From a virus, in the IMG/VR virus record IMGVR_UViG_3300009157_000018, positions 1 through 64,000 of that record: a DNA stretch of 64,000 nucleotides. One strand, 5' to 3'. The position numbers and the translations under genes were made by a program. Below the pieces are notes generated by a model that saw only the letters and a program-made list of their open reading frames with translations, did not search any database and was not told the origin of the DNA. Below, one piece after another: positions 38,698-46,109 of this stretch (position 1 is its first letter; every line of letters starts with the position of its first letter).

Positions 38698-38860
38698 TTT
38701 CTCACCTCTGTTGTGCCGGTAACGAGACTTCCGGCTCGGAACCTACCGCCAGAGCGATGCCGACGAGGGCCTTCCCGAGATGGCTTCTGGCTTATACCTC
38801 GGTACACATGACCCAACCGCTTACGGGGACCACGTGGTAGTCCTTGGGAGCGGGGTTAAT

Positions 38861-38948
38861 TGGCGGAAGGCCAAGGAATCGAACCTTGGCTGGTGTTACC
38901 CAGGCTACTGTTCAGCAAACAGACACATTACCGCTCTGTCAACCTTCC
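38861..38948 (-). tRNA. tRNA-Ser(GCU)
   Basis: loop TTGCTGA, long variable arm. Confidence 0.9.
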
Positions 38949-38950
38949 GT

Positions 38951-39026
38951 TGGTGAGTCCGGCAGGGCTCGAACCTGCATACGCGGAGTTTAAAAGACTC
39001 CCGTTCATCCGTTGAACTACGGACCC
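38951..39026 (-). tRNA. tRNA-Lys(UUU)
   Basis: loop CTTTTAA. Confidence 0.9.
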
Positions 39027-39029
39027 ATT

Positions 39030-39103
39030 TGGAGGACTCTGCCAGATTCGAACTGGCGTAAGCGGGTTTGCAATCCGCCCCCTCGCCGCTCGGGCAAGAG
39101 TCC
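39030..39103 (-). tRNA. tRNA-Cys(GCA)
   Basis: loop TTGCAAA, U73. Confidence 0.9.
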
Positions 39104-39363
39104 TTGTTAACCTCTGGCGACTGCGGTGACCACAAACACACCCTACTTACGCTGGGGCCTACGATGATCGCAAGCGATCTTGGGCGCCTGGGCAGTCCGC
39201 CGATCAGACGCGCATGTGGTCTCTTCCTCAGAGGCTAATTATTGGAAGAAAGGCTTACACACCGCGCATTTATTTCTGATTCACGCGGCCCTTATCTAGT
39301 CCGGCTAAGCAGTACAGAAACACTGCTTTCGCCCCCCACTCCTGGGCCTTCCTTCGCATCTAT

Positions 39364-39439
39364 TGGTGGGCAGCATAGGGATCGAACCTATGACCTACTG
39401 TATGTCATACAGACGCTCTTACCGCTGAGCTAGCCGCCC
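39364..39439 (-). tRNA. tRNA-Val(GAC)
   Basis: loop ATGACAT. Confidence 0.85.
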
Positions 39440-39612
39440 GCTTGTTCTTTTGCTCGTTCTAATATCGACTTGCGCTCTTCCTCAGGGTCTACTAAAACTA
39501 CTCTGGGAGAAGGTGATAAAGGAACAACTTCTTCTTCCTTATCCTCCTTCGGTCGGTCCGGCATACGCTCCTCGGGTCGGAACTGCGTATAAGTTCGCTT
39601 TCGTTTAGCCAT
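39430..39612 (-). CDS. hypothetical protein
   Basis: 60-aa charged ORF. Confidence 0.55.
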   Translation of the reverse strand: MAKRKRTYTQFRPEERMPDRPKEDKEEEVVPLSPSPRVVLVDPEEERKSILERAKEQAGG

Positions 39613-39817
39613 GATTCACCCCATCGTCTTCGATAGTAATGTTGGATTCTTTGAAGGGGACTGCTCCACCTTCATTCTCCCAATCGGATGCTGGCTGATC
39701 TTCTACTGATTCGTAGATGCGCCGCAATCGATCCGATTCGGTCCTGCCTCCAAAGGCAGGTTGGCGAGTAATTATTCCTATATCGTTCATATTCTCCTTA
39801 GATCGTAGTTTCGCCAT
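39605..39817 (-). CDS. hypothetical protein
   Basis: 70-aa ORF; internal SD AAGGAG. Confidence 0.55.
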   Translation of the reverse strand: MAKLRSKENMNDIGIITRQPAFGGRTESDRLRRIYESVEDQPASDWENEGGAVPFKESNITIEDDGVNHG

Positions 39818-39956
39818 CTGTCCCTATATACTCCATCATCATCGGGGACTTGCATGGCCGATCCGACCACCAAGTGCCAATCATTGATCGTAATGTGGAG
39901 TCGTATACCTTCAAGACCACAACTCCATCGTGTGCATAGATGTATTTTCATAGTTT

Positions 39957-40032
39957 TGGTAGCCCCCCTGAGATTCGAACTCAGACTGGAACGCTTTTGA
40001 GACGTTTGCCTCTGCCGTTGGGCTAGAGGGCC
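39957..40032 (-). tRNA. tRNA-Leu(CAA), short variable loop
   Basis: loop CTCAAAA; 76 nt. Confidence 0.85.
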
Positions 40033-40034
40033 AT

Positions 40035-40110
40035 TGGTACCCTCGGTCAGATTCGAACTGACACTGGACCGGGCTTAAACCGGACGCCTCTGCCGTTGGG
40101 CTACGAGGGC
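40035..40110 (-). tRNA. tRNA-Leu(UAA), short variable loop
   Basis: loop TTTAAGC; 76 nt. Confidence 0.85.
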
Positions 40111-41342
40111 TCTCTTAGCCGGAACCCGGCCTGTACCTGTTCGGGTTCGGCACGAATAGCCGACCCCTTAGATTGATCAAACAACTCTGCTATTGTATGC
40201 GATCTTTTCTCAATTGTCAAGTCATGCTCGGCAGCCCATTGTGCGGACTCAGTTGCATTTAACTCACTGAATCGGATGCTGGCTGAAATTCGACCAGGAC
40301 GAGCCACCGCTGGATGGAATCTACCGATATCTTCATTGGTAGTAATCAGTACAAGGATGCGAAGCCCTTGACCAATCAATCCATCTACGAGGTTCAGTAG
40401 ACGACTTAAACCCTGGCCTGATCGCTCTTTAGCATCTGCGCTTAAGAGCTCGCCTGTATCTTCGAAGATCAGGGTGCGCCAGCGTTTGTCTGGCTCACTC
40501 TCGCCCTCGTCATCATCAAGCGGAGAATATCTCTCACTACCGATGATAACATTCATCAGATAGGATGCTTCTGCACCGAAGAATTTCTCAGGGTCAACGA
40601 CATACTCGAAATCACACCAATCTCGCCATTCGTTAGCCAGTGCCCGAATTGCATAGGTTTTCCCGGTTCCTGGAGGGCCATACCACAAGAGCAATTGTCC
40701 TGTGACTAAAGATTCGGGCCGGAAATCCTTGGCCAACATCTTCGATAGACCTGTGTAGGTCTCATAAGAATAGTTGGGTGCGATTTCGTCCCATTTTGGA
40801 ACTGCAATCTTCCGACGAATCAGATTCGGGCCGTTGGATGCCAGCGACCAGAAGTGCAGATCAATGATGTGTTCGTCGCCTTCGGCTGTGATCGGCTTAT
40901 ACACATCATGTAGGCCGATCAGCCACTTCACACCTATGTCATAGTCATCTGTGTAACAAGTGAAGGTAGAAGCTCCGGCATCGCGAGATACAATGTCAAT
41001 GATAATCTCGTCATTGATCCAAGTAAAACGCTCCCAGCGCTTGCTGCTATTCTTGAAAGTTTTGGGGTCCATGTAGCTGCGCCGATAAAACAACGGCACG
41101 CCCATGTCCGCAAGGTGAGACTCTTCTACGACTACATCCGTCTCCCAATTGGCAGACACACAATAACGAAGACCTCGGGCCGCGATCTCGCGCATCGCGA
41201 TATCGTGTCCCAGACTGTCATCGCTGGTTTCCAAGGCCAATCCAATTTGCTTCGCATCAGTCTCGACTAATACCCCTGTACTTGCCGGTAGACCAATTTC
41301 AGCCCTGGAGAAATCCTTGCCCTTGTCGTATGATCTTCCCAT
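40101..41342 (-). CDS. AAA ATPase (DUF5925-associated type)
   Basis: GPPGTGKT, IFED, LLNLVDGLIGQG, TTN, RPGR. Confidence 0.88.
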   Translation of the reverse strand: MGRSYDKGKDFSRAEIGLPASTGVLVETDAKQIGLALETSDDSLGHDIAMREIAARGLRYCVSANWETDVVVEESHLADMGVPLFYRRSYMDPKTFKNSSKRWERFTWINDEIIIDIVSRDAGASTFTCYTDDYDIGVKWLIGLHDVYKPITAEGDEHIIDLHFWSLASNGPNLIRRKIAVPKWDEIAPNYSYETYTGLSKMLAKDFRPESLVTGQLLLWYGPPGTGKTYAIRALANEWRDWCDFEYVVDPEKFFGAEASYLMNVIIGSERYSPLDDDEGESEPDKRWRTLIFEDTGELLSADAKERSGQGLSRLLNLVDGLIGQGLRILVLITTNEDIGRFHPAVARPGRISASIRFSELNATESAQWAAEHDLTIEKRSHTIAELFDQSKGSAIRAEPEQVQAGFRLREPS

Positions 41343-41359
41343 GTTCCTCCCGAAATATT

Positions 41360-41436
41360 TGGGGTGACCGCAGAGGCTCGAACTCTGTTACCTCGGTCCA
41401 CAACCGAGTGCCTCAGCCGGTTTGGCTTCGGCCACC
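41360..41436 (-). tRNA. tRNA-His(GUG)
   Basis: loop TTGTGGA, G-1:C73. Confidence 0.9.
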
Positions 41437-41441
41437 ATGGT

Positions 41442-41513
41442 TGGCGGGAACGGTAGGAATCGAACCCACTGCGTTCTGCTTTGGAGGCAGTCGCCTTACC
41501 TTAAGTCGAACCC
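41442..41513 (-). tRNA. tRNA-Trp(CCA)
   Basis: loop CTCCAAA; two U-U pairs in acceptor stem; short D-arm. Confidence 0.7.
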
Positions 41514-41573
41514 GCGCTAATGGGAGTGCCAGGCCAAACGCTCAACTCGACCCCTGTTGCTCCCTTGTCGGGG

Positions 41574-41603
41574 ATTCTACTACACCCCGATAGCGCTTGT
41601 CAA
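41574..41603 (-). promoter_or_regulatory. sigma70/sigA-type promoter
   Basis: TTGACA-18nt-TAGAAT. Confidence 0.7.
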
Positions 41604-41605
41604 GT

Positions 41606-41896
41606 TTATCCTTGAGGCTGTTCGCCTGAAGGCGGATCGCCCAGAGCAGCGCTTCCAGAAGAAGCCGCCTCAGCAACGAGGGCCTTGGTGGTCTTCGCTG
41701 AGAAGACGAGCTGACGGATAATTTCTGTAGCGATGGCAGCGGCAGCAAGGCCAACAGCCACAACAAACTCAGACGAGAACTCTAGCCCTAACTGGCCAGC
41801 AATAAACAGCGTAGCAGCAGTAGCAGCGGCAGAAGAGTAAGCGACAATACGAGCAGCTTCTCGTTCTAGTAAACCTTTAATCCAATCTGGTAGCAT
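41606..41896 (-). CDS. holin-like membrane protein
   Basis: 2 TM helices, IRQLVFS motif; downstream of endolysin. Confidence 0.7.
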   Translation of the reverse strand: MLPDWIKGLLEREAARIVAYSSAAATAATLFIAGQLGLEFSSEFVVAVGLAAAAIATEIIRQLVFSAKTTKALVAEAASSGSAALGDPPSGEQPQG

Positions 41897-41920
41897 ATCT
41901 AAATTCCTTACTATATAGTA

Positions 41921-42826
41921 TTATCCCAACGCGACCTTCGCGTTGTTAATCTTCTGGTTCTGCGCCGTGAGAATCACGGTCATGTCATCCAGTTGAGTCT
42001 TTAGAGGGGCAGTAGCAGCAGCAATCTCTGCGGCGCAATCCGATGGAGTAGAAACAGTCTCAGCAGAAATAAGAGGCGTTAGTGTAGAGATATGGAAATA
42101 TCCGCGCTCTTGCTTGCTTCCTGTCCACAAAGCACCCGTATACCATGCGCTTGATCCATTGATGTTGGCTCCACCGACTTGAAAATCTGGATAAAAGATA
42201 GTACCAGCCGGGAATTGAGCAAGAGCTGCGTTTGCAGTACTTGGATCACGCCGGAAGTTCGTGCCAGCATTTTTGGTTGATGCCTGCTTATTGATTAGCC
42301 GCTGAGGATTGCTTCCAAGTACCACTTCTGATGCTCCTGCCGTAAGAATGGTTTGATCTAACAGGGGCCACAAATCCTTGGCCACACCATTAGGAAATTG
42401 ACTAGTGTGCTGTTTACAATCTGCATGTAGATGTGGGCCACTGATTCCGTAACCAGTTGCACCCAGGACACCAATCTGTTGCCCTTTAGACACGGTTGTA
42501 TTCACAGCCACACTAAATGACTGAAGATGGGCGTATCCTGTAGACCAATACCCACCTGAGTCTAAGCGACCAGCATGTGTCACTCGCATGATCAGGGCTC
42601 CATGACCAACCTGGCCCGGTGTATTTTGAATATACCGACTGGTTACCTTACCAGAGGCCATTGCATACACGGGAGCCCCCTGTCGTGCATTGCCAATGTC
42701 AAGAGCACATCCAACACCGGACCTTACATGCGCGGCACATCCACGAGTTACGACGAAATCAAGATTACCAGCTGGCCTAACCCAACCTTCTGGGTGGAGA
42801 TAGCCAGGAACTGGAGTTGCAAACAT
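41921..42826 (-). CDS. endolysin, M23 peptidase with SH3-like domain
   Basis: ALDIG...YAHL...GATG...GPHLH; NFRRDPST SH3-like; C-terminal coiled coil. Confidence 0.85.
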   Translation of the reverse strand: MFATPVPGYLHPEGWVRPAGNLDFVVTRGCAAHVRSGVGCALDIGNARQGAPVYAMASGKVTSRYIQNTPGQVGHGALIMRVTHAGRLDSGGYWSTGYAHLQSFSVAVNTTVSKGQQIGVLGATGYGISGPHLHADCKQHTSQFPNGVAKDLWPLLDQTILTAGASEVVLGSNPQRLINKQASTKNAGTNFRRDPSTANAALAQFPAGTIFYPDFQVGGANINGSSAWYTGALWTGSKQERGYFHISTLTPLISAETVSTPSDCAAEIAAATAPLKTQLDDMTVILTAQNQKINNAKVALG

Positions 42827-42848
42827 ACCTTCTGTCCTTCCGGGCGCT

Positions 42849-42872
42849 AAAAAGCGCCCTTAGGAGGCGCTT
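42849..42872 (-). terminator. intrinsic terminator
   Basis: AAGCGCC-TCCTAAG-GGCGCTT-TTT. Confidence 0.6.
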
Positions 42873-42877
42873 AAGTT

Positions 42878-42960
42878 TGGTACTGACCGAGAGATTCGAA
42901 CTCTCACCCCGAAGGACTTGTTCCTAAGACAAGCGCGTAAACCAATTCCGCCAGGCCAGC
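42878..42960 (-). tRNA. tRNA-Leu(UAG)
   Basis: loop CTTAGGA, variable arm. Confidence 0.9.
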
Positions 42961-43061
42961 ACACGATTAGTGCCGGTTACCGGGTCCGGCGCTGTTTCAG
43001 ACGGGATACATTTTACAAGCCCCAAATTGGCTAACCGATTACCTCTCACAGCGGTAAGTAA

Positions 43062-43139
43062 TGGTGGAGGCGCGGAGAATCGAACTCCGATCTTTCGGGT
43101 GCAAACCGACTGTGTAGACGCCACTAGCACTACACCCCC
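43062..43139 (-). tRNA. tRNA-Ala(UGC)
   Basis: G3-U70, loop TTTGCAC. Confidence 0.85.
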
Positions 43140-43147
43140 ACGACCAT

Positions 43148-43158
43148 ATTGTACCACA
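43148..43158 (-). promoter_or_regulatory. extended -10 promoter
   Basis: TGTGGTACAAT just upstream of tRNA-Ala. Confidence 0.6.
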
Positions 43159-43162
43159 GTTA

Positions 43163-43648
43163 TTATGAAGACGCCAGACGAATGATGAGATTGATCGCCA
43201 GAGAACCGACCGTAGCCGCGATCCCGACGAGAAGACCGACCTTCCATTGGTTGCTTCGTAGACGGTCGTTTTGGTCTTCACGATCTCTAGCCATCTGCTC
43301 CTTTGAAAGACGTTCGGTTTCAACCCGCTTGATTTCGGCAGTCTTCAGTTCTGCTAGCGTCATAGAAATGGTCGCAATGTCAGCCTTCGTAGCAAAATTG
43401 CGCTCTCGGTCATTCATGGTCTCACGCCACTCATTGGCGTCAGCCTTGTTTTCTTTCGCTAGCAGGGCGGCAGTGTCGATCGCCGCCTGAGAGAATTGGT
43501 GTTCCCTAGCGTGAGCGGCTTCGTGTTGTAAATGTTCCCGTTCATGATTGGCCCAAATTAGGTCCAAACGGTCACGGAGGGCAACAAGTTCGCCATGAAT
43601 GGTTGCATTTGTCGCCCGAGTTGAATTTTCAGTGTTGTCCTCAGGCAT
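43163..43648 (-). CDS. coiled-coil protein with C-terminal TM helix (lysis accessory-like)
   Basis: ANEWRETMND...KVGLLVGIAATVGSLAINLII; SD GGGGAGG. Confidence 0.7.
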   Translation of the reverse strand: MPEDNTENSTRATNATIHGELVALRDRLDLIWANHEREHLQHEAAHAREHQFSQAAIDTAALLAKENKADANEWRETMNDRERNFATKADIATISMTLAELKTAEIKRVETERLSKEQMARDREDQNDRLRSNQWKVGLLVGIAATVGSLAINLIIRLASS

Positions 43649-43686
43649 TACCCCTCCCCCTGTGCCACTAGCACATGGTATGCATG

Positions 43687-43905
43687 TTATACTTCAGGTT
43701 GATCGATAATTTCAGTTGCCTCTGGCATTTTCATGCCATCAGCATTGAAGTTCTTGGCTGCTTCCTTAGCAATAGCCTCGGCTGCTGGATCACGCATCGG
43801 CGTGAGCTTAGGAGGAAGAAGTAGTTCATCCTTCATAGCCTTAACGCGCTTCTCAGCCTCCTTGTCATCCTTGTATCTGCGACTATTACGCAAGTTCTTT
43901 AACAC
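43687..43905 (-). CDS. hypothetical protein
   Basis: GTG start after GAGGG; upstream part of the listed ORF is tRNA-Asp. Confidence 0.55.
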   Translation of the reverse strand: MLKNLRNSRRYKDDKEAEKRVKAMKDELLLPPKLTPMRDPAAEAIAKEAAKNFNADGMKMPEATEIIDQPEV

Positions 43906-43917
43906 TCTACCCTCGTT

Positions 43918-43993
43918 TGGCGGCGCCCAAGAGACTCGAACTCTCTGACTTCTGGTTGACAACCAGATACCGATACCCTTTGGCTTCGGCGCC
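43918..43993 (-). tRNA. tRNA-Asp(GUC)
   Basis: loop TTGTCAA, G73. Confidence 0.85.
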
Positions 43994-44002
43994 ACGCTAA
44001 TT

Positions 44003-44076
44003 TGGAGCGGCTACCCAGGATCGAACTGGGACTAACAGCTTGGAAGGCTGTTGTACTGCCGTTATACGACAGCCGC
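44003..44076 (-). tRNA. tRNA-Gly(UCC)
   Basis: loop CTTCCAA, U73. Confidence 0.9.
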
Positions 44077-44693
44077 TAGTTCAATTGTTGATGCTGTCCT
44101 GACCGCCTACCCCATAGCCAACTACCGATCATCAACAGAAGCACAACACCTACTACGCTAATCCCACCAGGAATTTCCGGTGTGGCTGTGTCCGTTAAGG
44201 GTCCAGGTAGAGATGGATACTCACCGCCGGTGCCAGGACCAGGTAGTGGAGGTGCAGGCGCTCCGGGTGAAACATCACACGGTCTACTGAAAAGGCTGAC
44301 GAAGTATGTTCGTCCAGTAGAAGGCTGGAAATATGCAGCGGAACCGATTTCAGCCCAATTGCCAGTCATTACGGCAAGGTGAGACGGACTGCCGATCCAT
44401 CCGATTACCGCCTGCGCCAAAGGATCAGCGTAACCCTTATTCCACGCAATGATCTCGCCCCACGACCAACAACCTAACCGTTGGGTTAGATCGGTGTGTG
44501 CAAACTCTCCCGTCACTGTGATTTCTATTACTCGTTCTAGTGCAACTCTGGTTAGCAGTGCAGAGGTTGGTAGGTCCGATTCTCCTACCGACACACGATA
44601 CGCATTAACGGCGTCATCGACTGGTGTGGCTGCGTAAACTGGAGTTGTAATCCCAAATACAAGTGCAAGAATGATAATAATTAACCTTCGCAT
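44076..44693 (-). CDS. secreted CAP/SCP-domain protein with C-terminal membrane anchor
   Basis: signal peptide; NAYR...FAH...GEIIA...WIGSPSH; Pro linker, TDTA, TM helix, RR. Confidence 0.85.
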   Translation of the reverse strand: MRRLIIIILALVFGITTPVYAATPVDDAVNAYRVSVGESDLPTSALLTRVALERVIEITVTGEFAHTDLTQRLGCWSWGEIIAWNKGYADPLAQAVIGWIGSPSHLAVMTGNWAEIGSAAYFQPSTGRTYFVSLFSRPCDVSPGAPAPPLPGPGTGGEYPSLPGPLTDTATPEIPGGISVVGVVLLLMIGSWLWGRRSGQHQQLN

Positions 44694-44763
44694 CAGGTCC
44701 CCCCCCAACATCATATAGTGCCAAATAGGTAGCTATCCGACCAGCCACACTATTTATATGTGT

Positions 44764-44839
44764 TGGAGCCCCTGACAGGAATCGAACCCGCATACGCTCT
44801 GCTTCGAAGGCAGACGTTCATCCGTTGAACTACAGAGGC
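44764..44839 (-). tRNA. tRNA-Arg(UCG)
   Basis: loop CTTCGAA. Confidence 0.85.
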
Positions 44840-44841
44840 CC

Positions 44842-44915
44842 TGGTAGCGACTGCGGGACTCGAACCCGCTTCTCCGACTTGAAAGGCCGGATGCTCAGCC
44901 CTATGCTCAGCCGCC
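44842..44915 (-). tRNA. tRNA-Glu(UUC)
   Basis: loop CTTTCAA. Confidence 0.8.
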
Positions 44916-44924
44916 GTGATAAAT

Positions 44925-45000
44925 TGGTACGGCCTACCAGATTCGAACTGGTGATCTTCTGATTGAGAATCAGATGCCTTGTCCGCTTGGCCAAGGCCGC
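44925..45000 (-). tRNA. tRNA-Glu(CUC)
   Basis: loop TTCTCAA. Confidence 0.85.
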
Positions 45001-45089
45001 ATAAGTAGCCCATCTCACCCCGTGACCGCAGCACTTGTTGGGACAGTTACTAGCGACACCCCAAGTGGGTCGAGAGATAGGCGTGTAAT

Positions 45090-45165
45090 TGGCGAGCCCC
45101 CCGAGATTCGAACTCGGAACCTTATGGGTAAGAACCATCTGCACCAGCCGTTGTGCTAGAGGCCC
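45090..45165 (-). tRNA. tRNA-Lys(CUU)
   Basis: loop TTCTTAC. Confidence 0.85.
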
Positions 45166-45238
45166 GCTGATATTGCCGTGTAGGAGATACGGCGACGACC
45201 ACCCCGCTCCCTACGAAGCGACGGGCTCTGACCCCCCT

Positions 45239-45312
45239 TGGCTGGCTCGCTAGGATTCGAACCTAGATAGTGAGGACCAAAATCTCACGTCCTGCCGTTA
45301 GACGACAAGCCA
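45239..45312 (-). tRNA. tRNA-Gln(UUG)
   Basis: loop TTTTGGT, U1-A72. Confidence 0.88.
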
Positions 45313-45574
45313 ACGCTATTGTGGCGGTAGTACTCCCCAGGCTATGGTGGGCCAAGGACCGCCGAATAAATGCGCTTACTAGCCTTGCGTCCAAGGCCAC
45401 CCCGCCTCCAGGCTTTCTACTAAAGTGCCTATTCCCTCAGCGCGTAGTCCAAGGAGCAGAGGCCCGAAGGCATGCTCCCGGTTAAAATAAGGTCAGGATG
45501 GATCACTGCAGGTCTCATCAACGCACCGGTATCTACTTGCCGGAGGCTCTCTCTTGGCCTACTGACCTTATAAA

Positions 45575-45659
45575 TGGTGGAGGCGCCGACGAGTTGCACA
45601 TCGGGTCCGAAACCGTTCTCTTGCGAGGCTTACAGCTTCGTCGAACCTATCTCACCCCC
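45575..45659 (-). ncRNA. mini-tmRNA: tRNA-like domain only, no tag ORF
   Basis: 5' GGGGGTGAGATAGGTTCGAC and 3' GGACCCGATGTGCAACTCGTCGGCGCCTCCACCA match ssrA ends; G3-U70; 9-bp P2 capped by a GCAA hairpin. Confidence 0.8.
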
Positions 45660-45663
45660 AGGT

Positions 45664-45738
45664 TGGCTGGCACGGAAGGGATCGAACCTTCGAATACACG
45701 GTTAACAGCCGCGCTCTTTACCGCTCAGACACATGCCA
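45664..45738 (-). tRNA. tRNA-Asn(GUU)
   Basis: loop CTGTTAA, U1-A72, G73. Confidence 0.88.
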
Positions 45739-45901
45739 ACGCTAATGGCGAACACGATCAATGTTTCGGTGCGGTCCATATCACGATAGTACCTCAGGTG
45801 ATCGACCCTTCGCTACGTTGAACCCTATCCTAGTTCGCCTAAGCCAGCGTTTGAACAGGGGCGACCCGTCAACCTCTGGCTGTATAAATGATGCTGCTAG
45901 A

Positions 45902-46042
45902 TTATCTGGACCTAGGAATCGACCGTCGCCTTAGAGGTCGTCTAATGTCCCTAACCTGAAATGCATTAAGCCTAGCCTTCGGATTGAATAATCCGATCTT
46001 AGGCTTATAAGAACGGGGAACTCTAAAAAATTTCCCAGGCAT
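45902..46042 (-). CDS. 46-aa very basic Arg-rich protein
   Basis: SD AGGGGA; MPGKFFRVPRSYKPK...RRPLRRRSIPRSR. Confidence 0.6.
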   Translation of the reverse strand: MPGKFFRVPRSYKPKIGLFNPKARLNAFQVRDIRRPLRRRSIPRSR

Positions 46043-46109
46043 AATATCCCCTAATCTGTTGGTCAGCGTCATCCTCATATCTGACCTGTCAGCCCCTCTA
46101 TACTCCATT

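Noticed and set aside
43687-43995. 102-aa ORF as listed, and many other short ORFs across 37.8-47.5 kb
   Set aside because: They overlap tRNA or ncRNA genes (here tRNA-Asp) and are shadow ORFs.
45760-45800. Hammerhead ribozyme (CUGA...GAAA)
   Set aside because: The core reads CUGAGGU rather than CUGANGA, and no stem III with a UH site was found.
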